From positions 1 through 16,525 of IMG/VR virus record IMGVR_UViG_2778261085_000008: a stretch of DNA of 16,525 nucleotides. One strand, written 5' to 3'. The translations under genes were made by a program, and so were the position numbers. Below, piece by piece: positions 1 through 7,545 of the stretch. The DNA comes from a virus. Taxonomy: Duplodnaviria; Heunggongvirae; Uroviricota; Caudoviricetes. The notes beneath the pieces were generated by a model that saw nothing but the letters and a program-made list of their open reading frames with translations, ran no database searches and was not told the origin of the DNA. How positions within the stretch are numbered: position 1 is the stretch's first letter; the number at the start of each line of letters is the position of its first letter.

Positions 1-225
1 CTTTATTATCGAGTTCGGTGACCGCCTGGACGGCCACTTCTGAGAAAAGGTATTTACACAGAATCCTGAACAGGCTCTATGACATTTCTTGGCGATAATG
101 TTTTGATCTTATCGATTCATGTCATATGGTCATTGGTAACGTCCGCTCTTGGTAAAGAGTGGACGCTCAGATTAGGTTTGGCATCTAAGCATAGATGTGT
201 CAGCTCACATCTAAGCTAATACATA

Positions 226-420
226 TTACTCAATCACTCCCGCAAATCTGTAAATCTTGTGTGATGCCCATTTATTTGGGCAGGATTTAATATCAGGATC
301 TGGAAAGTCAGGCCTGTATTTCTGACCAGTTCTCCTGTTTACGCTGTTCTAGCGAAGAACTGTCGATACTGAAACACCACAGAAATCGGCGACTTGTTTA
401 GTTGTCATTAAGTTGTTCAT
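226..420 (-). pseudogene. AlpA/Xis-like HTH gene interrupted by an in-frame amber codon
   Basis: Minus-strand ATG at 420..418 overlaps the TAA of the upstream 259-aa gene (TAATG coupling). 23 codons encode MNNLMTTKQVADFCGVSVSTVLR (HTH-like), then TAG at 351..349; the frame stays open 40 more codons to TAA at 228..226. Family assignment is from motif recollection only. Confidence 0.35.
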
Positions 421-1199
421 TACTTCACCTCCTGCGGCGGCTCCGGTAGTGGCATCCAGTGGGTTACTTTCGATGCCTGTTCTTCCTCATTGTCAGTAAC
501 TGCCCACCATTTGTTTCTCGACCAATCGTAATACCCTTCGAAGGTATCGCACTCAGTCCAGCCGTAAGACTTCCCCCAACACCAAACATACTGTTTATCA
601 TTCGGCATTCGCTCACTACAGCTTATCCAACCACCCGGACTTACCGGAGAGTTACCAGACAGCGCGTTCTGCAGCCGTTCCAGCTTAACGTATTCCTGAA
701 CCTTGTTTCCGTCGCACACCTGAAGCCATTGCGCAGCCTTTTGCGCATCAGTGTGAAAGGCACAAGTGCGACCGTCATCAAATTGCATTTCGTAGAGGTC
801 AGCAACTTGTTCAAACAGCGTGTGTGGTGACTTGTAAGTTTGGTTTACAGGTTTGGCACCATGAAGCATGGCGGCGCGGCAGGCGTTCCAGCCTTCATCA
901 AAACCGACTATGCCATTATTTAAAGACGGACGAGCATCTGGCACTACCGGCACTGGCTTGGCTATATATAGCGGCTGAACATACCAGCCCTTTGATAACC
1001 AACTGTCAGCAATGTTTTTACTCCTCGTTATTGCCGGAATACCTAAGCCATTTTCTGAATGCAGCCATGCCACCGGCTCCTCTTCTAGCGATGCCAGAGC
1101 AATTTCATAAGCACGGCGCTCAATATCGTCTCGAACCTCTAGGCTGCTGATTCGTTCTTTGATTTCTTTAATCAGTTCTTTATTGGTAAATGTGGTCAT
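420..1199 (-). CDS. Prophage protein (259 aa) with C-terminal Trp-rich DUF551-like domain
   Basis: ORF-track ORF with ATG start; start overlaps the stop of the upstream gene (TAATG). C-terminal W...W...THWMPLPEPP motif is shared with the adjacent 120-aa protein. Confidence 0.6.
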   Translation of the reverse strand: MTTFTNKELIKEIKERISSLEVRDDIERRAYEIALASLEEEPVAWLHSENGLGIPAITRSKNIADSWLSKGWYVQPLYIAKPVPVVPDARPSLNNGIVGFDEGWNACRAAMLHGAKPVNQTYKSPHTLFEQVADLYEMQFDDGRTCAFHTDAQKAAQWLQVCDGNKVQEYVKLERLQNALSGNSPVSPGGWISCSERMPNDKQYVWCWGKSYGWTECDTFEGYYDWSRNKWWAVTDNEEEQASKVTHWMPLPEPPQEVK

Positions 1200-1561
1200 T
1201 ATGCTCCAGCCTCCGGTGCTTTTGGCATTACTGCCCAGTGAGTGATATTGACGTTTTCAAGGTCCCCGACCTGAAATGTCCACTGCCATTCTCCGGTTTC
1301 TTTTTGTCCCCAGGTGTACCAGAGAGAACGCCAGCCAATCAGCCAGCCTTCTCCATTAGCATCAAATAACAGAACACTTTCATTTGCTGGTGGCAGTTCA
1401 GCTGACACTGGTATTATTTTGTTTTCCAGTGCCGCACATTTAGCTTCAAGCGCGTCGAATTTACGTACCAGGTACTCAGCATTTGTTTCGTTCACTTTCA
1501 GATCTCGCGGTACACATTTCCCGCGAAGAAACCCTTCCATTTCGAAAACATTCATGCGCAT
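1199..1561 (-). CDS. yfdS: Small DUF551-like prophage protein (120 aa), YfdS-like
   Basis: ORF-track ORF; C-terminal ...ITHWAVMPKAP motif paralogous to the 259-aa neighbour. Length and gene order match the CPS-53 yfdP-Q-R-S cluster from recollection; not verified by search. Confidence 0.5.
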   Translation of the reverse strand: MRMNVFEMEGFLRGKCVPRDLKVNETNAEYLVRKFDALEAKCAALENKIIPVSAELPPANESVLLFDANGEGWLIGWRSLWYTWGQKETGEWQWTFQVGDLENVNITHWAVMPKAPEAGA

Positions 1562-2088
1562 TTGCGTAACTCCGATAAATCGTTAAAACGTTCCATAAAC
1601 ATCCCGTAGGCATGACCCGGTGCCAGTGGAATCACGTTGAACATCTCTGTTGCCGGGATGCCTTCCAGTACAGGCCAGAAAGAGCCATCATCAAGCCCGA
1701 GATCGTGGCGTTCGGTTGCCAGCATGATGAGATCGGCATATTTCACGGGCGTACTCATAACTGGGGGTAACCCGTATTTCTCACGGATTATGGCGTCTAT
1801 TTTTTCTTCCATCCGTTTATAGTCAGGAAGAAGTCGTTTCAGTGGTGCGGGGATGTCCTGGCAATATGCTTCTGTTGCATCATGCATTAACGCTTCAAAA
1901 GCAAATTCCTGCGGTACCAGCTGGCTGCAAAGCACCGCATGTTGGGCGACGCTGTAGAAGTGTGAAAGATGCCCTGCAAAGCGACAGATATTTGAAAGGG
2001 AAAACGCGATATCGTTAATAACGATGTCGTCTTTATTTATCTTGTCATAATAAAAATGCTTCCCGGAAAAAGTTTTAATAAATGACAT
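1552..2088 (-). CDS. yfdR: HD-domain phosphohydrolase (YfdR-like 5-prime-deoxynucleotidase), 178 aa
   Basis: His...HD motif (HLSHFYSVAQHAV ... LMHDATEAY). Start reassigned to the internal ATG at 2088 (MSFIKTF...) because it is preceded by GGAGAA; the ORF-track start at 2151 has no RBS. Confidence 0.7.
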   Translation of the reverse strand: MSFIKTFSGKHFYYDKINKDDIVINDIAFSLSNICRFAGHLSHFYSVAQHAVLCSQLVPQEFAFEALMHDATEAYCQDIPAPLKRLLPDYKRMEEKIDAIIREKYGLPPVMSTPVKYADLIMLATERHDLGLDDGSFWPVLEGIPATEMFNVIPLAPGHAYGMFMERFNDLSELRKCA

Positions 2089-2182
2089 TTTGTTCTCCAC
2101 GTTATGTGCGCTGCACCGCACTGAATTTTGGTAAAAAGAAGCCCTTACCATCCGGCGATTATTGAGTTAATTACGTTTCCAT

Positions 2183-2204
2183 AAATGCCCCCGCAGGGGC
2201 ATTT
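2183..2204 (-). promoter_or_regulatory. Intercistronic perfect 9-bp GC-rich hairpin (AAATGCCCC-cgca-GGGGCATTT)
   Basis: Perfect inverted repeat read directly between the upstream 274-aa gene and the HD-domain gene; no U-tract follows on the transcribed strand, so not a classic intrinsic terminator. Confidence 0.4.
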
Positions 2205-2216
2205 GCAGTAATGAAA

Positions 2217-3041
2217 TCAGGCGGTGAAAGTACCAATAAAGGTTTCTACTTTGCTGTCTTTGAATTTCTCAACAAGCAGATCACGAAATTCGTTAGCCAT
2301 TTCTTCCTGCACCGCTTCCAGCTGAATAATGCGCAGAACCAGTACAGGACGATCGCCAGTGATAATGCTGAGGCGTAATTTAAATGGACGTTCTTTCAGA
2401 CCTTCAAACGGAACGCATTTAAATTCAAATGCCACTGGCATAATATCTTTGGTTTTCGCTTCGACAGACTCCATCAGGGAGCGTTTGCCGCTGAAGTCAT
2501 TATCTTCAAAATCAGCGGTCTGGTTTGCTTCAATCGTGATTTTACGGACAGCCGCAGCCGCTTTTGTTGCCTGAATAGCGTCACCATTAGCATCAAAGCC
2601 CACAAGGTAGTCGGCCCAGTCTTCAATCCATTCTGCCAGTGACTTCTGGGAATGACGCTCGCCATTAACAGACAACAGAGCAGAGAACGGTGCTGTCTTT
2701 TTCAGTTTGAGAGTGGCGGTGTTATCTGCGTGACCTGGTTCATCAATAGTACCCAGGTTAAGCACACTGACGGCTCGCATATTATCGGCATCGATAAAGC
2801 AGCGGGTGCCTTCATCTGCAAGATCTTTAGAATAACGGGTAAAGTCATCGATGCTGGCAGTGGAAAGCGCACCACGGAAACGGAAGCGATTTAAATTAAA
2901 TTTTTCCAGATCATGAATGCGGAAATTCTCAGGCAATGCCACAGCATCGGCACCAATCTTACTGATAATTTCATTAACACCCTGAGCAGAAATAAGAGCA
3001 TGGATTTGATTAATTGCGGTTGCGTCTAAGTTCTGAGACAT
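2217..3041 (-). CDS. yfdQ: Conserved prophage protein (274 aa), YfdQ-like (DUF2303)
   Basis: Long ORF with ATG start and protein-like composition; length and position consistent with CPS-53 yfdQ from recollection. Family call not verified. Confidence 0.55.
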   Translation of the reverse strand: MSQNLDATAINQIHALISAQGVNEIISKIGADAVALPENFRIHDLEKFNLNRFRFRGALSTASIDDFTRYSKDLADEGTRCFIDADNMRAVSVLNLGTIDEPGHADNTATLKLKKTAPFSALLSVNGERHSQKSLAEWIEDWADYLVGFDANGDAIQATKAAAAVRKITIEANQTADFEDNDFSGKRSLMESVEAKTKDIMPVAFEFKCVPFEGLKERPFKLRLSIITGDRPVLVLRIIQLEAVQEEMANEFRDLLVEKFKDSKVETFIGTFTA

Positions 3042-3106
3042 AATAAGTCCTCACTATATAAAGATATTCAGTGATGAGATAAATAATCAGTTAATTAAGA
3101 ACGATA

Positions 3107-3469
3107 TTAATGACCTGCTGCGCGAAGTTTTCCGTCAGGTTCACCGGCAAGAGTCAGTAATTGTCCCTGGTCTTCCTGCAGAATAGTCAGGCGACCACCG
3201 CGATTGACATACATCGGCGTTTCGGTGGTGTCTTCTTCAGAAATTTTCCCGCGGTTAGTCGGGCGAACATATGAGAGTTTGTGTTTGATTTTCACACGGT
3301 TCTCATCAAACGGTTCGATTTCTAGGTTGAGCGAGACCTTACCTTTGGTTTTCGTGTTCATCACACCGGAAGCGACTTCACTGAGAACAGCGCCGATTTT
3401 GGTTTCAAATACGCCGCCGTCCAGCTCCCCGATAAATGCCTGCACATCAGTACTGCGTTCGCTAGCCAT
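3107..3469 (-). CDS. yfdP: Small prophage protein (120 aa), YfdP-like
   Basis: Internal ATG at 3469 (MASERSTDV...) preceded by GGGGAG with a 7-nt spacer; the ORF-track N-terminal extension to 3700 runs through the long inverted repeats and is discounted. Confidence 0.5.
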   Translation of the reverse strand: MASERSTDVQAFIGELDGGVFETKIGAVLSEVASGVMNTKTKGKVSLNLEIEPFDENRVKIKHKLSYVRPTNRGKISEEDTTETPMYVNRGGRLTILQEDQGQLLTLAGEPDGKLRAAGH

Positions 3470-3517
3470 TTTGCTGCTCCCCATCATATCGACCCTGCAA
3501 GGTCGGTTGGTTTCTCC

Positions 3518-3652
3518 ACAAAACAGAGAAGAACGCCTGCGGTGACTGCCGCCCGGATGGATTGGGTTATGAGCCCGTCGTCCGGTGATGCTCTTCTCTG
3601 TTTTGTAAAAAGAGCGGTACCAGCCGGAAGCAAGTGTACAAACTGGTACCGC
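3518..3652 (-). promoter_or_regulatory. Structured leader of the leftward early operon: stem-loop / boxA-like CGCTCTTTTTAC / stem-loop
   Basis: Perfect 15-bp inverted repeat 3518-3532 / 3592-3606 (59-nt loop) and perfect 10-bp inverted repeat 3614-3623 / 3643-3652 (19-nt loop); boxA-like motif on the minus strand at 3605-3616 lies between them. No supportable ORF across 3480-4020. Confidence 0.4.
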
Positions 3653-4313
3653 CAAAGCAGTGGCTGTTGTGGTGGGGTTGTCACTCAGGCGTATGGTCAA
3701 CCTGACAATCCGGTGTCCTCAACGGGGAAAGAGTAACCCCGCCATACTTACCGCCGCGCCATTTCGCGGATTACCACAACGCTGAGAGCACTTAGCCAGT
3801 TACGGCACCACACTTTGTCGCGGTTCCATAAATGCCCTCATCGTTGCACCCTGGTCTCTTCCCTGGCGTCAAACCGAATCGCCACGCTGGTTAGGCGTCT
3901 TATCAGCATCATCATTGACTTGCACATTCCGGCTACCTGGTTTGTTTGCCCGAGCAAGGAGTGGATTGTCCCCTTTAACGTCCCCAGACCGCTAACGACG
4001 CATGTGCCATACGCCGTGTTACAATAAAATGTTCGGTATTAGTTACCAAAGAGACGATTACTCTTATGGTTGAATGTAATACCCCTGTTGAATATTTTCT
4101 TGCGTACTATTTGTTTTTCCTATATAACGAATTGGTTGTTTTATTTACATAATAAGAAGTTTTCTTAAATAAGTTTACATTGTTTTATCTTGCTATTTTT
4201 CAAAATTCAAGAACAATGAATTGTCGCTATCGGTAATTATTCTTTATGAAATTTTATAAATAACTCCCTGCTTTTGAGTTTTGTACGCAGTGTTTTTAGT
4301 TGTCGAGGACATA

Positions 4314-4523
4314 ATGGATAATCAAAATACTCCTGTTTTTGATGTATGTGGTTGGTACTGTGTGCCAGTTAAAGATCATAATTCAGTTATAGTTCAACTG
4401 TCCTGCAAACAACCACCATTTGAATCTGATAAAATTATCGAAAGTCCAATATATTCTTTTCCCATAAAAGAAATACCAAATCTCATAAAAACATTACAAA
4501 ACATTTATGAAGAAAATAATTGA
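4314..4523 (+). CDS. Small hypothetical protein (69 aa) in AT-rich island, convergent with cI
   Basis: ATG at 4314 preceded by GAGGA (4305-4309); intrinsic terminator immediately downstream; AT-rich composition unlike flanking genes. Confidence 0.45.
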   Translation: MDNQNTPVFDVCGWYCVPVKDHNSVIVQLSCKQPPFESDKIIESPIYSFPIKEIPNLIKTLQNIYEENN

Positions 4524-4545
4524 TTATAAATCCAGTTCAAAAGTG

Positions 4546-4570
4546 AAGCGTCCATTTGGGCGCTTTTTTA
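4546..4570 (+). terminator. Rho-independent terminator of the small plus-strand ORF
   Basis: Hairpin AAGCGTCC-attt-GGGCGCTT followed by a T-run (4564-4569). Confidence 0.55.
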
Positions 4571-4651
4571 TTTACGAATCATTCCGGTCTTCGTATGCCC
4601 CGGACGGCTACTTCGTGGGCGTCCTGCCTGTTCGATATCTTATGTAGGTAC

Positions 4652-4679
4652 ATTATGTATCTGTAGGGTACATTGTCAA
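4652..4679 (-). promoter_or_regulatory. Candidate PL-like leftward promoter with repressor-operator repeats
   Basis: Minus strand TTGACA (4679-4674), 16-nt spacer, CATAAT (4657-4652); overlapping direct repeats AATGTACC(C)TACA share the GTAC core with the cI/cro operators. Confidence 0.4.
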
Positions 4680-4680
4680 G

Positions 4681-4707
4681 TATAAAAAAACCTGCCGAAG
4701 CAGGTTC
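4681..4707 (-). terminator. Rho-independent terminator downstream of cI
   Basis: Minus-strand hairpin AACCTGC-UUCG-GCAGGUU (7-bp stem, tetraloop) followed by a U-tract (plus-strand A-run 4684-4690). Confidence 0.6.
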
Positions 4708-4718
4708 ATAGACATTGA

Positions 4719-5393
4719 TCAGGCTTTAATTTTGTATCTTCTTGGTTTTCCTGAGAAAATAACTGTACCAATGATAGAGCAATTACCGTTTATCTTAATG
4801 TAAGGCTCAGGCCAGTTGGGGTTTAATGCTTTGAGATAACGCTGTGTCCCGTCTTCTATCAACCTTTTGAAGGTGGTTTCACCTGTATCGTGCATCAATG
4901 CAATAACGTCATCGCCGTGGCAGGCTGGTACTTCTGGATCGACAAAAATCATGTCTCCCGGACGGTACTCATCAATCATTGAATCACCAATCACCCTCAA
5001 TATATAAGTCATTTCGCCACAGGGTACAGGGCAGGGATACGTTTCTGTTGTGCTCAAATCAACCTCAGAATAGCCAACTTCTTTCCATGCTCCGGCCTGT
5101 ACCCATGATATGACAGGGACTAACGTTATTTTTTTATTAGTGATTGAAACATCAGGTTTTTTTGTGATGTTCGTTGTCTGGTGTTCTTGATCAAGCCATC
5201 CGACAGGCAGGTCGAAACATTTTTCGATGTGCCGTGCCATGCTGTCACCGATATTTTTAGTAGCGCCATCCCCCATAAACCTGCTGGTCTGGGTAGGCTC
5301 GCGATCAATCATGGTGGCAAAGGATGAATTTCCGCCAACACCATCTCTCAGTTTTCTGGCGTTAGACCGCCGGATGTCATGGATTGTTTTCAT
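4719..5393 (-). CDS. cI: CI-type prophage repressor: N-terminal XRE-type HTH + C-terminal S24 LexA-like peptidase (224 aa)
   Basis: GDSM serine motif, FKRL lysine and an Ala-Gly (VQAGAW) candidate cleavage site; divergent from a cro-like gene; operators in the intergenic region. Confidence 0.85.
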   Translation of the reverse strand: MKTIHDIRRSNARKLRDGVGGNSSFATMIDREPTQTSRFMGDGATKNIGDSMARHIEKCFDLPVGWLDQEHQTTNITKKPDVSITNKKITLVPVISWVQAGAWKEVGYSEVDLSTTETYPCPVPCGEMTYILRVIGDSMIDEYRPGDMIFVDPEVPACHGDDVIALMHDTGETTFKRLIEDGTQRYLKALNPNWPEPYIKINGNCSIIGTVIFSGKPRRYKIKA

Positions 5394-5399
5394 AACGAA

Positions 5400-5483
5400 A
5401 TTAAAACCTTTGTACCGATAAGGTACAAGTATCTTGAAGGTTCATCTCAATCATGTAATATGTATACTGGAGGTACATGTTGT
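5400..5483. promoter_or_regulatory. Divergent PRM/PR-like promoter and operator region
   Basis: Perfect palindrome TTGTACC-GATAA-GGTACAA (5410-5428) plus further GGTACA/TGTA repeats. Rightward TTGAAG-N16-TAATAT; leftward TTGTAC-N17-TTTAAT placing the cI transcript start within a few nt of the cI ATG (near-leaderless). Confidence 0.5.
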
Positions 5484-5684
5484 ATGAAAGCGTATTGGGA
5501 CTCTTTAACCAAAGAACAGCAGGGCGAGTTAGCCGGAAAAGTTTGCTCAACACCTGGCTACTTACGGCTGGTTTTCAATGGCTATAAAAAAGCCAGCTTT
5601 GGACTGGCTAAAAAACTTGAGCAATGCACATCAGGTGCAATTACGAAATCTGACTTAAGACCGGATATCTATCCGAAAGATTAG
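5484..5684 (+). CDS. Cro-like HTH regulator of the YdaS family (66 aa)
   Basis: Internal ATG at 5484 preceded by GGAGG (5469-5473); C-terminal ...GAITKSDLRPDIYP resembles the YdaS-family RPDIF motif; position divergent from cI. Confidence 0.65.
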   Translation: MKAYWDSLTKEQQGELAGKVCSTPGYLRLVFNGYKKASFGLAKKLEQCTSGAITKSDLRPDIYPKD

Positions 5685-5727
5685 CAGAAAATCTTCAATT
5701 TTTAACCACAGGAACAGGAGGTAAGCC

Positions 5728-6279
5728 GTGGGTAAGCATCACTGGAAAGTGGAAAAACAACCTGACTGGTATGTGAAAGCTGTCAGAAAAACTATCGCGG
5801 CATTGCCAGGTGGTTACGCTGAAGCTGCTGAGTGGCTGGATGTAACAGAGAACGCTTTATTCAACCGCCTTCGTGCCGATGGTGATCAGTTTTTTCCGTT
5901 GGGATGGGCAATGGTTTTACAGCGTGCGGCTAGTACTCATCACATTGCGGATGCTGTCGCACAGTCTGCTGGTGGGGTGTTTGTATCACTTCCTGAAATT
6001 GAGGAAGTAGAGAACGCTGATATCAACCAACGTCTACTGGAAGTCATTGAACAGATCGGGAGTTACTCAAAGCAGATTCGTTCGGCAATCGAAGATGGGC
6101 TAGTGGAGCCACATGAACAGACAGCAATTAATGATGAGTTGTATCTGTCGATTTCGAAGCTCCAGGAACATGCGGCGCTGGTCTACAAAATTTTCTGCGC
6201 TCCAGAAAAGAGTGACGCCCGCGAGTGTGCAGCTCCGGGCGTCGTGGCGTTTTGTGTCCGTGGAGAAACTAACGCATGA
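5728..6279 (+). CDS. Early regulatory protein in the cII position (183 aa, GTG start), possibly YdaT/CII(CP76)-like
   Basis: ORF directly downstream of cro with GGAGG upstream of a GTG start; family assignment is uncertain recollection. Confidence 0.45.
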   Translation: MGKHHWKVEKQPDWYVKAVRKTIAALPGGYAEAAEWLDVTENALFNRLRADGDQFFPLGWAMVLQRAASTHHIADAVAQSAGGVFVSLPEIEEVENADINQRLLEVIEQIGSYSKQIRSAIEDGLVEPHEQTAINDELYLSISKLQEHAALVYKIFCAPEKSDARECAAPGVVAFCVRGETNA

Positions 6280-6424
6280 ACAGTTTAACGGCAAATAACC
6301 GTTTGTCGCAACAGTTGGTGGTCAGCGTCGCTGAACACCTGTTGTTACGGCATGAATGCAGATTACCAAATCACCTGGCTGTAAGTAACCACAGAGAACT
6401 TTACCTGACTGTGGGGGGCGAGTT

Positions 6425-6604
6425 GTGCAGGAACTTAACCGCTGGTTTCGTGACGGAAGAGGACTTTATGTTCATGTTATTCGTTGGGAGCCAGAAACAC
6501 AGCGCGTTATCTATCTTCGCAAAGACTACCCGCATGAGTGCTTTAGTCCTTTGTGGAAATTCAGGCGTGATTTTGTTGAGTGTGAAGGACCACCAGCACA
6601 TTGA
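6425..6604 (+). CDS. Possible small protein (59 aa, GTG start)
   Basis: Frame not in the ORF track (below 60 aa); protein-like composition (VQELNRWFRDGRGLYVHVIRWEPETQRVIYLRKDYPHECFSPLWKFRRDFVECEGPPAH); G-run 6-11 nt upstream. Conflicts with the overlapping frame of ORF 6276..7112. Confidence 0.25.
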   Translation: MQELNRWFRDGRGLYVHVIRWEPETQRVIYLRKDYPHECFSPLWKFRRDFVECEGPPAH

Positions 6605-6712
6605 TTCTGCCATTCCGGGACGTTACACTGTTCAGGCACCTTATAAAGCGGGTGTCGGGATTGGCGTCCTGGAATTGCATACGGCGACAATTGGCGCGTT
6701 AGCGTCTTTTTT
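6601..6712 (+). promoter_or_regulatory. Cassette A: promoter TTGATT-N17-TACACT, ~75-nt leader, intrinsic terminator
   Basis: -35 at 6601-6606, -10 at 6624-6629; hairpin GGCGCG-uua-GCGUC (6693-6706) followed by a T-run 6707-6712. Confidence 0.35.
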
Positions 6713-6910
6713 GTTGCTACAACTCAGCTATACCCAAATTATGGTGGGCTGGGTGGGGGCACCGAAAGGTGCGCCGGTTTCCGTATGCGCCGGTTACGCC
6801 AACCCTGCTCAGTTCACCACCAGCGAAATTGGCGTTTCCGGTGGTGGAAGTTATCCATTGCATACGGAGGCTGCCATCATGGCTACTGTCCCAGCCCTCT
6901 CTCGTCTGAA
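6614..6910 (+). repeat. Diverged direct repeat A (~300 bp), homologous to 7236-7545
   Basis: Shares identical blocks with copy B: a 32-nt block from 6622, CCCAAATTATGGTGGG, and GAGGCTGCCATCATGGCTAC; the spacing between blocks is the same in both copies apart from a single 3-nt indel. Confidence 0.8.
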
Positions 6911-7112
6911 TGATGAAGACTTACATAAACTCAGTTATGTAACAACTGCACTACGTGATCTGCGCAAGGTAACTCTTTCGGATCCGCAGGCGCATGAAGT
7001 TCTGGTAGAAACCCTTCTTAACTTGCAGGCTGAACGTATTCGTCTGGCGGATAAGGCTAATTTTCATATTCACCGTCTCCTGAATATCAGCGGAGGGCAT
7101 CGTCATGCTTAA
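6879..7112 (+). CDS. Hypothetical small protein (77 aa) downstream of leader A
   Basis: ATG at 6879 preceded by GGAGG; the RBS and first codons (MATVP) are homologous to the rha start, then the sequence diverges. Confidence 0.4.
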   Translation: MATVPALSRLNDEDLHKLSYVTTALRDLRKVTLSDPQAHEVLVETLLNLQAERIRLADKANFHIHRLLNISGGHRHA

Positions 7113-7173
7113 TCCGTTGATCCTCAATATTTGCCGTTTTCTTCAGCGTAAAAAAACATCAATTCCTACAGTT

Positions 7174-7233
7174 GGGCAGTGGTACACCACACCTGCAGGG
7201 CATGTTCTACGTGTTAGCTTGGTTGACCGTGAA
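7174..7233 (+). repeat. 60-bp direct repeat C1 (near-identical to 8102-8162)
   Basis: CAGTGGTACACCACACCTGCAGGGCATGTTCTACGTGTTAGC(T/C)TGGTTGACCGTGAA; only 1-2 differences between copies; same reading frame in both places. Confidence 0.85.
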
Positions 7234-7334
7234 ATTCCGGGAGGTTACACTGTTCAGGCACCTTATAAAGCGGGTGCCGGGCGTGGAAACCCGGAATTCA
7301 CCAAAGCGCACAACCGCGCTCTTGCGGTTTTTTT
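7223..7334 (+). promoter_or_regulatory. Cassette B: promoter TTGACC-N17-TACACT, structured leader, intrinsic terminator
   Basis: -35 at 7223-7228, -10 at 7246-7251; hairpin GGUG-CCGGG-cguggaaa-CCCGG-aauu-CACC (7273-7302); terminator AACCGC-gctctt-GCGGTT plus T7 (7312-7334). Confidence 0.4.
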
Positions 7335-7545
7335 GTGTCATGAGCAGCATTACGCCCAAATTATGGTGGGGCGTGCAGGGCCAACTTCGGTTGGGCCGGG
7401 TTCTTTGGTGACCGGTATTTCCACCCCTGTACGTCTCACCACCAATAAGGTCGTGGAAAGCCTTGGTGGTGAGTTATTAAAAATCACCAAAGAGGCTGCC
7501 ATCATGGCTACGATCCCAACCCTCACTCAACCTGAAATTGCCATC
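7236..7545 (+). repeat. Diverged direct repeat B, homologous to 6614-6910
   Basis: See repeat A; colinear alignment with one 3-nt indel. Confidence 0.8.

Noticed and set aside
1..225. Integrase or other gene at the far left edge
   Set aside because: Only short or startless reading frames; a possible GTG-initiated frame runs off the window but is too short to assign.
3470..3700. N-terminal extension of ORF 3107..3700 (197 aa) and the nested minus ORF 3484..3684
   Set aside because: They run through two perfect long inverted repeats and lack an RBS; the internal ATG at 3469 has GGGGAG upstream and gives a 120-aa product. Treated as structured leader, not coding.
2177..3837. 14-nt direct repeat TTCCATAAATGCCC at 2177-2190 and 3824-3837
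   Set aside because: An exact 14-mer pair is expected by chance about once in a 16.5-kb window; no supporting context beyond both being intergenic.
5500..5516. rrn-boxA-like ACTCTTTAACCA motif
   Set aside because: Lies inside the cro-like coding sequence just after its start; most likely coincidental codon sequence.
6276..6878. Upstream part of long ORF 6276..7112 (278 aa) as a real protein
   Set aside because: Although its ATG overlaps the upstream stop (ATGA), the frame passes through a promoter-like element, a terminator hairpin with T-run, and blocks that are 100% identical at nucleotide level to the second copy, and it uses many rare codons (TTA, AGA, AGG, CTA). Coding cannot be fully excluded without substitution-pattern analysis.
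7105..7503. N-terminal 133 codons of ORF 7105..8049 as part of Rha
   Set aside because: Rha-family proteins begin with the domain found at 7504, which has its own RBS; the upstream extension covers promoter/terminator-like sequence. Kept as an alternative only.
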